From: a virus
Reading direction: 5' to 3' (one strand)
Virus record (IMG/VR): IMGVR_UViG_3300023179_007063
Location: 33,088 to 97,087 of that record
Length of the DNA stretch: 64,000 nucleotides
A program made the position numbers and the translations under genes. Positions 28,460 to 36,861 of the stretch are shown one piece after another. The notes under the pieces are model-generated. The model saw nothing but the letters and a program-made list of their open reading frames with translations. It did no database searches and was not told the DNA's origin. How positions within the stretch are numbered: position 1 is the stretch's first letter; every line of letters starts with the position of its first letter.

Positions 28460-28810
28460 ACTTCAGCGTTGTTTCATTTCATGAGATAGTTCTTATAGAA
28501 TTATCGACACTGCAATCCTGAAAGTATGAGTCCAATTTTTTCCATCATGTCAAAAATGCATGCCCACGAGATATGGACAAACGATGCAAAAAGACTGGAA
28601 ACAATTGCTTCGATAGGGTATAGAATCCTCGTCATACGGGAGAGCGAATACAAGAATGGATCTTGGGTTGATAAGCTCGACCGATGGCTGGAGGAAAATG
28701 GAAAAGAAAAAGATATTGATACTGTCAGACCATCCGTGAACGACCACAGCTCAGCGGATGTAAAATTGGGTGAATTGCTGGAAACTCGTGGGATAGACAC
28801 CACAGCGTGA
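28460..28810 (+). pseudogene. Frameshifted remnant of a Vsr/EDxHD-type (DUF559-like) homing endonuclease
   Basis: Pieces in shifting frames read VLIEL / HCNPE / YESNFFHHVK / MHAHEIWTNDAKRLETIASIGYRILVIRESEYK. No intact 5' end. The last frame runs through GT exon 1 into the intron. Confidence 0.65.
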
Positions 28811-30214
28811 CTGGAAACGGTGAGCGCGAAGGTCAAAAAGTCTTACTATACGACAATCAGCAGCCAAGCTCCTAAGGAGAAATTCTGGAGAAGGTTCAGA
28901 GACTACGGTTAGCCTAAATCAAAAAGACACGGCAATGATCCGACAGCGCCCAACACCAAATCAAGTATGGTGATGATATAGTCCAAAACTTTTTGTAAAG
29001 TGAGCACCTCCGGAGTAGGCACACAGGCCCGATGGCTTGTATCAGGTCTGATAGAAACAGGCAAGTATTCGTTCAGATGCTTCGGCGGAGCGATTAAGCA
29101 TGACAACTACGATACGGTCGTAGTCAACCCTGACTTCATCATCAAGCCTACAAACGGCTTCGGTGATAGAAATCTTCTACGCAAGACGCTGGCTCAGGTG
29201 AAGCCTGATGCCCTGATGCTGTTTACTGACCCACGTTTCTTCATGTGGGTCTGGGAGATGGAGGACGAGATCCACCAGATGTGCCCAATCGTCTATTGGC
29301 ACTTGTGGGACAATCCTCCCTGGCCTGAGTTCAATCGTCACATCTATGAGTCGACCGACCTCGTCAACTGCATCAACTATCCGACATACAAGATGGTACA
29401 CGAGAGGTTCCCAGAGAAGACAAACTACATTCCTCACGCTGTTCCCGAAGATCTATACAAGCCGCTTCCGAAAGAAGACGTTAGGAAGTTCAAAGCAGCG
29501 CTCTTAGGCAATGAAAAGGTCGACCACTTTACGCCGATGTACGTCAGTCGTAATGCGAGGAGAAAAGTTCCGAGCGACATCATAGAGTCGTGGAAGATTT
29601 TCTTGGATGACCTTGAGGCAAAGTACGGCCACAGGAAGGCGACTCTGATCCTCCACACAGACCCACTTGATCAAGAGGGAACAAATTTATTTATGCTTGT
29701 CGACCTCTTTGGCGTGAAAGACAACGTCGTCTTCTCCAAGGAGAGAATAGGCTTCCAGGAGATGAGCACCCTCTACAACGTTTGCGACTGTGTCGTCAAC
29801 CGGTCTATGAATGAGGGCTTCGGTCTACCTGTTCTAGAGTCGATTCTATGTGGCAAGCCGCCGATAGTTGTGAAGACAGGCGGTTTGACACGACAGGTAT
29901 ACGACGATGAGACAGGTGAAAAATACGGTATCGGTCTGGACCCTGAAGTTCGAACTCTCGCTGGTAATCACTTCGTTCCCTACATCTATGAAGACTTCGT
30001 GTCTCACAAGACTTTCGCAAATGCATTCATGGAGATGTATGAACTCGGTCCTGAGGGGAGAGCGGCACTTGGCAACAAGGCAAGAGAGAGAGCGAAGAAA
30101 GAGTATAATCTCAAGAAAGTCGTCTCTGACTGGGACAACACTCTCGATTCAACGATCTCTAGGTGGAGAGATGATAGAAAGTCCTTCGACAGATGGAGCA
30201 AGATAGAACTATGA
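28698..30214 (+). CDS. GT4 glycosyltransferase split by a group I intron (exon 1 28698-28737, exon 2 29001-30214; 417 aa spliced)
   Basis: GGAGG RBS + ATG 28698. Splicing gives MEKKKILILSDHP-L-STSGVGTQAR; C-half has RNARRK and NEGFGLPVLES. Unspliced exon 1 stops immediately (CCG TGA). Confidence 0.9.
28738..29000 (+). ncRNA. Group I self-splicing intron (263 nt, no internal ORF)
   Basis: P AATTGCTGGAAA (28773), Q AATCAGCAGCC (28855), R GTTCAGAGACTA (28894), S GATATAGTCC (28975). P1: exon CATCCGT pairs with GCGGATG (28754-60), U.G at the splice site. P10: GCTCA/TGAGC. P3: TTGGGTG/CGCCCAA. Terminal G at 29000. Confidence 0.92.
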
Positions 30215-31395
30215 GCACCACCACTCTTAAGAAATCAGTACTTCTCCGCGGACCGCTTCTGACTCAGTCAGGTTACGGAGTCCATGCACGACAGATCGCG
30301 GCTTGGGCGATAGGAAGAGACGACTTCGAAGTGCAAGTACAAGCTACTCCGTGGGGTGAAACTCCGTGGATCATAGACGAAAGCGCTTGTGGTGGTCTCA
30401 TCAGAAGCATCATGGAAAGGACAGTCGACCCAGGAAATAAGCTGTACGACATCACAGTACAGATTCAACTACCGAATGAGTGGAATCCATCGCTAGGTCG
30501 ATTCAACATTGGCGTCACGGCAGCAGTAGAGACTGACACGTGCCACCCATCCTGGCCAGAATATTGCAACAAAATGTCAGCTGTGGTTGTTCCATCAGAG
30601 CATGCAAAGAGCTGCCTGTTGTCATCTGGTAAGATCACAGTCCCGATCCTAGTGATACCCGAAGCTTACAACGATGCAATCGTTGCCGCCGAGAAGACAC
30701 ACATCGATGAAGTCAAGTTCTCAACACCTTTCAACTTCTTAGTCTTCGGTCAGATGACAGGCAGCAATCCAGAGAATGACAGGAAGAACCTCTTCTACAC
30801 TGTCAAGTGGTTCTGTGAGGCGTTCAAAGATAACCAGGAAGTAGGCCTGGTCTTGAAGACTAATATGGGAAGAAACACAAAGCTCGATAGACGACTCGTG
30901 ACTAACTTGTTGCAAAATCTACTAAAGGAAGTGAGAAAGAGTGCATTTCCAAAGGTTCACCTCATTCATGGTGACATGTCAGACGCTGAGGTCGCCTCTC
31001 TCTATAGACACCCACAGGTAAAGGCCCTCTTGACACTGACAAGAGGGGAAGGATATGGTCTCCCGATACTAGAAGCAGCAGCATCAGGACTGCCAGTCAT
31101 TGCTACAGGTTGGTCTGGTCACACTGAATTTCTTAAGAATGGAAAGTACATAGAGATCTCCTATAAGCTTGACAAGATACACCCGTCAAGAGTTGATGAC
31201 AAGATCTTCGTAAATAATGCAAGGTGGGCAAATCCTTCTGAAGAAGACTTCAAGAGAAAAGCGCAGAAGTTTAAGTCTTCTGCATCTGTTCCTAAAGAAT
31301 GGGCCGAATCGATGAAGAGAGTGATCTTAGAGAAGTATTCACTAGATTCTCTCAAGCCGAAATACGACGATTTGGTGAACGGAGCTGTCCCGTGA
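30211..31395 (+). CDS. GT4 glycosyltransferase
   Basis: QSGYGVHAR, DRKN, TRGEGYGLPILEAAASGLPVIATGWSGH; start at ATGA overlap. Confidence 0.9.
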   Translation: MSTTTLKKSVLLRGPLLTQSGYGVHARQIAAWAIGRDDFEVQVQATPWGETPWIIDESACGGLIRSIMERTVDPGNKLYDITVQIQLPNEWNPSLGRFNIGVTAAVETDTCHPSWPEYCNKMSAVVVPSEHAKSCLLSSGKITVPILVIPEAYNDAIVAAEKTHIDEVKFSTPFNFLVFGQMTGSNPENDRKNLFYTVKWFCEAFKDNQEVGLVLKTNMGRNTKLDRRLVTNLLQNLLKEVRKSAFPKVHLIHGDMSDAEVASLYRHPQVKALLTLTRGEGYGLPILEAAASGLPVIATGWSGHTEFLKNGKYIEISYKLDKIHPSRVDDKIFVNNARWANPSEEDFKRKAQKFKSSASVPKEWAESMKRVILEKYSLDSLKPKYDDLVNGAVP

Positions 31396-31691
31396 TACTA
31401 CTGTTGACGCTGTATTCTGTATCCGTCACGTTCATAGCATACTACAGCGTCCGAAAGAATATGCTGGCCTATGACAAACTTGAGGCAGTAGCCGCTCAGA
31501 TAGAGGAGTCATTAGATGAGCTTGACGTTTGTTATACAAATATCGATGCAAAGACGAAGATCGAAGTGGTGTCAGACGAGCCTGTAGTAAGAGAACTTCT
31601 GCAGGACATGAACCGTGCAAGGGACACAATTCTACTCGTCGCAAACAAGATATCTAACCCCCTGATAGAAGGCGACGAAATAGATGAGTGA
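31392..31691 (+). CDS. Small membrane-anchored coiled-coil protein
   Basis: GTGA overlap start; hydrophobic N-terminus ILLLTLYSVSVTFIAYY. Confidence 0.6.
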   Translation: MILLLTLYSVSVTFIAYYSVRKNMLAYDKLEAVAAQIEESLDELDVCYTNIDAKTKIEVVSDEPVVRELLQDMNRARDTILLVANKISNPLIEGDEIDE

Positions 31692-32391
31692 AGAAACCGA
31701 CAAGAAAATCAGCCCAAAGCTCTATTTTAATTCCGGTACGCAAGAAGCGATCGTCAGCTTTCAGTCAGAGACAGATAAAAGAAAGAGAGATGAGATCTAT
31801 GTCTACCACATCATGCCGGCTTTTGAGAAGCTTGTGGAGAGTCTCATCAACATACACAAGTTCACTTCAATACACGATTCTCATGACGACCTAAAGAACG
31901 ACTGCATCAACTTTCTCTTTGAAACAATACACAAATTCGATCACAGACGAGGCACCAATGCTTTCTCATATTTCAACGTCGTAGCAAAGAACTGGCTCAT
32001 CATCAAGACGAAGCAGAAGTCCCAGAAGCTGAAGAAGAGCGTCAGTCTTGACGACCCAGCCGGCCTCACGATGTATGAGACTTTACTCGTCGAAGAACAC
32101 AACACGATACCTGCGCAAGACGTGATGCTTGACGACAACAGGTCATCACAGCTGACTCTTGACATGCTCTATGAGATACGAACGAAGGTCAAGAAGGAGA
32201 ATGAGCTGATATGCATTAATTCCATCATCACTATCTTTGAGAACATCAATGATCTTGATCTCCTCAACAAGGGAGCTATTCTTCTATACATGAGAGAGCT
32301 GTCCGGGCTCACGCCGAAGCAGTTGACAACAACGATGCAGACGATTAAGAAGCACTATAAGAAGACGAAATCGGACGCGAAGAGGTCGTGA
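31684..32391 (+). CDS. Phage RNA polymerase sigma factor (gp55-like)
   Basis: YF...QEAI, DDLKNDCINFLFETIHKFD...TNAFSYFNVVAKNWLI resembles phage sigma region 2; precedes the structural block. Confidence 0.7.
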   Translation: MSEETDKKISPKLYFNSGTQEAIVSFQSETDKRKRDEIYVYHIMPAFEKLVESLINIHKFTSIHDSHDDLKNDCINFLFETIHKFDHRRGTNAFSYFNVVAKNWLIIKTKQKSQKLKKSVSLDDPAGLTMYETLLVEEHNTIPAQDVMLDDNRSSQLTLDMLYEIRTKVKKENELICINSIITIFENINDLDLLNKGAILLYMRELSGLTPKQLTTTMQTIKKHYKKTKSDAKRS

Positions 32392-32406
32392 ACAATAATT
32401 GTAGTT

Positions 32407-32763
32407 ATGCAGACCATAGCTGAGCTTCAGGACACACTCGAGTCAAAAGTACGCGACTTCTCAGGCCTTCTTGATCAGATTGATGGAGTGTCAGACAAGA
32501 AGAAGAAGTTGTGGAAAGAGATATATGAGAACGCAATAGTCGATCGACAGAATGCCTACGTACTATTCACCACTCTTGTCACCATCGTTGAAGATAAGAG
32601 TACTGAGCATGCAATCCACGGTAAGACTCTTGCTACGTACATCGAGAGAATGAGCAAAGCAAACGAGCAGCTAATTCGTCTCTCAGAGCTCATCTCAAAG
32701 TCAGAGAGCAAGCAAGAAGAGTCTATAGATCCTGACGAGATGTTTCGAAAGATCGGTGGATAA
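32407..32763 (+). CDS. Hypothetical helical protein
   Basis: 118 aa ORF directly upstream of the baseplate block. Confidence 0.65.
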   Translation: MQTIAELQDTLESKVRDFSGLLDQIDGVSDKKKKLWKEIYENAIVDRQNAYVLFTTLVTIVEDKSTEHAIHGKTLATYIERMSKANEQLIRLSELISKSESKQEESIDPDEMFRKIGG

Positions 32764-34287
32764 ATGGCGCTAAGAGACAAGCACGAGAATGCGTCTTCAG
32801 CACAAGACTTCGTATCAGGCAGGTACGAAGGAAAGACAGTCTCTAGCTATAGCAACCAGCCGCACTTCCGAAAAGTCGTGGTGCTTGAGGTCATAACAGA
32901 CCCAAATAACATCATTGACGAAAAAAAGATTGATTATTGGAATGCCGTTCTCAAAGTGTCCAACCTGCAGTATGCAAGGACGCTACCAAGAAACGCCATT
33001 GTAGGCCAGTTTCTTGACAGGCAGATCAATCCAATGTTCTTGTTTCCATTCTTCCCTTCGCATATATCTCTTCCATGCAAACCAGGTGAGACGCTATGGG
33101 CAATGGTCGAGGACCCAGAAGCTCCTGCGACCGATATAGCATACTGGTTCGGCAGAGTCACTGAGAATCATCTTGCCGACGACGTCAACCACACGCATGC
33201 GCCGAGAGCATTCGATCGATCGATGGCAGCCGGTTCACTCAAGGACAGACAAGAGAACGACGGAAAGGTCGATCCTGTCTACGATTTAAGGAACGGTGGG
33301 GTCGGAACATACGACGGTCTCAGAGTCACAAATCCAAAGCAAGTCTACTTGTCTAGTGGTAATGAGAGCATATTTGAAGATCTTGTGTCTAGAACAGACG
33401 GGGCTGCAATGATGCAGTACGAGTCAGTTCCCAGATTTAGAAAGCGACCCGGGGACCTTGTTCTAGAGGGTACTAACAACACGCTTGTAGTATTAGGTAC
33501 AGACAGAAGTGGCCCAGTCGCCGAATATGTTGAAGACCCTGATAAGAAGTCAAAGGTACCCCAACCGACACTTGATATGGTAGGATCAGCAGGCTCGATA
33601 GACATCGTCGCTGGTCGTGGCCAATTGTCTGACACGCACGGTCTTCCCGTGTCTACAACAAGCATCTATAGAAAGTCTAATGAAAAGAAGGGTGCAGAGA
33701 TTCACAAAGAGCTGGGAAAGCATCTACAAGACACATCTCCTATGGAGGGCGATCCTGACTTCTCAAGTGATAGAAGCAGAGTCCTAGTCTCTCAAAGAAC
33801 GATGGTAGACACCAACTTTGGTCTGTCGGACAACAACGTGTCTTCTTTCTCAGGTCAGGGAGCGGAAGTCAAAGACTCGACGGAAGGTGACGCTGCTGTC
33901 GTCATAAAGTCAGACAAAGTTAGAATCATAGCAAGATCAGACATACAGATAATCGTCAAGGGATCAGACACGGCAAAAGCCCCTGATGGAAAAGACATTC
34001 TATTAGAAAAGACAGAGTCAAAATTCTATGCATCCATCACGATAAAGAAGAACGGAGACATTGTCTTCACCCCCAGCGCATCTGGCTATATTAAGCTCGG
34101 TAGTGACAATGCAGATAAGGCGATACTATGCACTGACTCTCCTGCTGTAAAAGTTCCTGCCGCAAACCCAGGAGACGCCTCGTCTGTTCTTGGACTTCCA
34201 AATGCTATCAGTGATACATCAGCAGGATTCATTGGAACAGGAGCTGCAGGTCAGGGAACTTGGGCTAAGAAAGTTCTTGTAGACTGA
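32764..34287 (+). CDS. Probable baseplate hub/spike (gp5/VgrG-like) protein
   Basis: PFFP..ISLPCKPGE OB-fold-like motif, PGDLVLEGTNNT, IKSDKVRIIAR beta-strand repeats; position before gp25/gp6-like genes. Confidence 0.55.
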   Translation: MALRDKHENASSAQDFVSGRYEGKTVSSYSNQPHFRKVVVLEVITDPNNIIDEKKIDYWNAVLKVSNLQYARTLPRNAIVGQFLDRQINPMFLFPFFPSHISLPCKPGETLWAMVEDPEAPATDIAYWFGRVTENHLADDVNHTHAPRAFDRSMAAGSLKDRQENDGKVDPVYDLRNGGVGTYDGLRVTNPKQVYLSSGNESIFEDLVSRTDGAAMMQYESVPRFRKRPGDLVLEGTNNTLVVLGTDRSGPVAEYVEDPDKKSKVPQPTLDMVGSAGSIDIVAGRGQLSDTHGLPVSTTSIYRKSNEKKGAEIHKELGKHLQDTSPMEGDPDFSSDRSRVLVSQRTMVDTNFGLSDNNVSSFSGQGAEVKDSTEGDAAVVIKSDKVRIIARSDIQIIVKGSDTAKAPDGKDILLEKTESKFYASITIKKNGDIVFTPSASGYIKLGSDNADKAILCTDSPAVKVPAANPGDASSVLGLPNAISDTSAGFIGTGAAGQGTWAKKVLVD

Positions 34288-34301
34288 TGTAATATAGAGA
34301 T

Positions 34302-36338
34302 ATGGCTGAACCCCCAAAGGCACAAGAAGCTGCAAACGTCCTAAAGCTTGACCCAAACTCTGGGAAGCTCGTCTTGACAGACGAGGCTCGGGGAATATTC
34401 ATCAAGCGGACAAAAGAAGCTCTGTCGACAGGTGACATCAATTTGGGATTTCCGTGTATGCCACCGATCCCTGTCTTCGATAAGGCAAAAGATCTCGACT
34501 TGGCTGACAAAGAAAAATACCCTGATTTCCATAAATTCTGGATCGATGGAATGTATACTTCCGTTGCCCGGGCTCTCAACGTTCAGTCACAGTTTCAGAT
34601 ACCCGTATTTGACCCTATAGCATTGGGGCTTAAGCTAGGTCTACCTGCACCTCTACCAGATTTAAATCTGGTATCTGTGGCCGCATCATTTGCAGCTCCT
34701 ATTCCTATGGCGCTTCAATTGCTGAAGATAAAACCGCTGGACTTTCCAAATATGATACCGAAAGTCACGGGTCTAGTAATTCCTAAGCCGCCGAGCATCG
34801 CTCTAGACTGGCAGCTTCCTAACATTTCATTTGCGCCCTTTGGAGCACTCGATATACAGCTTGCTCTGGCGACAGGACTGCCTTCGGCATTCTTGGGTCT
34901 AGTCGCGGGTCTGGCCAAGCCAGACTTCTGGCTAAAGTTCACGATACCAGGACTTTTTGAACTATCTTGTCAGACGATGTCAAAGCCGTTTATGTCAGCT
35001 TATGAGTCATCTCCGTCGTCTTCTCCTCCCATAACAGCTTTTGCAGCGGCAAAAGCAATGGGATCAGTCACAGCAGACTGTGCTGCTTTCGCAGGCACAT
35101 CTTCTGTCATAGGCGCTGGAATTGTTGTTGATAAGGAAGCAGAATCTAAGGGTTATAAACAGAAGAAACAAGAGCGGTCTCCCGATTTGGTAGCAGAAGC
35201 AGCACTTCACAATCTGTTGCCTTTTGATCCTGATGAAGGCTCAGGAGCCAAGTGGGTGTTCAAAGACACTAATAGAAAATTCTGGTTTGGGGATCCCATT
35301 ACAGTCGACTATCTCTATGCTCTGGCTGATTACATGAAGTCGCAAAGCTTCGAAGTACCTGACTACGTCCTTGAAATTGGAAACATATCAGGATTAGATG
35401 ACGACTGGATAAACTCGGAGGGCTCAAAGATAAAGGGTAAGGGATGGAGATACTGCCACTCCACAGAAACAACAAATCCGAGAGTGAGGCACGGTCTCTA
35501 TAAGTCAGGGCCTCCGATCACTACGACATTTTCTGCACACGCAGGTGCGTCTTTCGACATGGCTTACCCGATGAGAGACGGCAACACAAGAATAACAGGA
35601 ATGAATCCCAACTCAAGATACTTGACAAGAGAGCATGCAGAGCTCGAGACAACCTTTTTGTCGTCAGGCGCAGTGAAGAAAGAGACACTAGCATCTAGCA
35701 ACAAGACTAGAGACGCTAACGTGTATAGGCCTGACGCCGCCGGAGCGAATAAAGACGGACCGCTTACTGAAGCTTCTGATTTTAATGCAAAGCTTCATTG
35801 GGTGTCTCCTGGTTGGAAGGCAGACTACTACGACAGAGAAGTCATATATGAGCTCGTCAAGTGGTCTAGAAAATACTTCATAGATCTTGCGGAGAGTGGA
35901 AAAGTTGAAATATCGGCAAATGACAAGGTGATGCCGACACCCATTCAACAACGCAAGCCAGGATCGAAGATCAACTATAGGTCAATTCTTAACTCTTTTT
36001 CGATGGGACCGTGTGTAAGAGCAAAGATGGTCGACTGGGCTAATAAAAATAGGGCAAAAGATCCCGAAAAAGACGCTGTGCTAGGACTCATTGCGCCACA
36101 GTCGGCCCACGAGGACCACATCCACGTTAGACTAACAAGAAGCAGGTTAAACCCAGACAAGACAGCAGAGACAGGTAAAAACCACTACTTGCTTCTAGTA
36201 AACACAGACGCATACTACGGCAATACTAAAGACTTAGAAAAATACCCGGACAGAGCTATTTTTGCAGGTCATCCTGTAGAAGAGAGAGACATAGCAGATC
36301 CTGCCGATCCTGCTAAAAAACTATGGGTCCGCATTTGA
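34302..36338 (+). CDS. Baseplate-region protein with C-terminal MepA-like (LAS) Zn-peptidase domain
   Basis: WFGDP.TV, EIGNIS, H-x5-D (SAHAGASFDM) and HEDHIHVR (HxH); Pro-rich hydrophobic N-half. Confidence 0.6.
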   Translation: MAEPPKAQEAANVLKLDPNSGKLVLTDEARGIFIKRTKEALSTGDINLGFPCMPPIPVFDKAKDLDLADKEKYPDFHKFWIDGMYTSVARALNVQSQFQIPVFDPIALGLKLGLPAPLPDLNLVSVAASFAAPIPMALQLLKIKPLDFPNMIPKVTGLVIPKPPSIALDWQLPNISFAPFGALDIQLALATGLPSAFLGLVAGLAKPDFWLKFTIPGLFELSCQTMSKPFMSAYESSPSSSPPITAFAAAKAMGSVTADCAAFAGTSSVIGAGIVVDKEAESKGYKQKKQERSPDLVAEAALHNLLPFDPDEGSGAKWVFKDTNRKFWFGDPITVDYLYALADYMKSQSFEVPDYVLEIGNISGLDDDWINSEGSKIKGKGWRYCHSTETTNPRVRHGLYKSGPPITTTFSAHAGASFDMAYPMRDGNTRITGMNPNSRYLTREHAELETTFLSSGAVKKETLASSNKTRDANVYRPDAAGANKDGPLTEASDFNAKLHWVSPGWKADYYDREVIYELVKWSRKYFIDLAESGKVEISANDKVMPTPIQQRKPGSKINYRSILNSFSMGPCVRAKMVDWANKNRAKDPEKDAVLGLIAPQSAHEDHIHVRLTRSRLNPDKTAETGKNHYLLLVNTDAYYGNTKDLEKYPDRAIFAGHPVEERDIADPADPAKKLWVRI

Positions 36339-36359
36339 CGAACACGCTACTTAACGTCA

Positions 36360-36830
36360 ATGGGATCGATCAGCTTCAAGAGCGTCGGTAAGACGAGACA
36401 GATCACAGCAGCAGAAGCTGTTGCCACGTCGAAGATCCCCTTTGGAATAAAGACGCCTGTAGCTCTCGGAACAAATTCTGAGGGAATATTCTCCATGAAC
36501 TACAGTCTGGAGGATCAGTTTGCAGACAACCTCAGAAACTTGTTACTGACCAACTGGGGAGAGCGTCTCGGACAATACAAATTTGGAGCAAATCTTCGAC
36601 CTATCACAACAGAGTTAGTATCACAAGACAGCTTCGATGCAGAAGCCATTAGTAGAATAAAGACTGCTGTTGAGACATGGATGCCCTTCATCGATCTCGA
36701 AGACTTCATGTCAGAAACAGACAGGACGGAAAACGCTAGCACGGCTGTAATTAAAGTCAGCATCACGTACACGATACCTGCGCTTCAGACAGGGAAAAAG
36801 CGTCTTCAGATCGTCTTGTATGCAGTCTGA
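36360..36830 (+). CDS. Baseplate wedge protein, gp25/GPW-like
   Basis: NLRNLLLTNWGER...FGANL, I..AVETWMPFI. Confidence 0.88.
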   Translation: MGSISFKSVGKTRQITAAEAVATSKIPFGIKTPVALGTNSEGIFSMNYSLEDQFADNLRNLLLTNWGERLGQYKFGANLRPITTELVSQDSFDAEAISRIKTAVETWMPFIDLEDFMSETDRTENASTAVIKVSITYTIPALQTGKKRLQIVLYAV

Positions 36831-36861
36831 CACGACGGTCGTAAGATAGTTAGGTGAGAAG

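Noticed and set aside
29000-30214. GT gene starting at GTG 29000 as in the ORF track
   Set aside because: No RBS, lacks the first beta-strand, and G29000 is the intron's terminal G.
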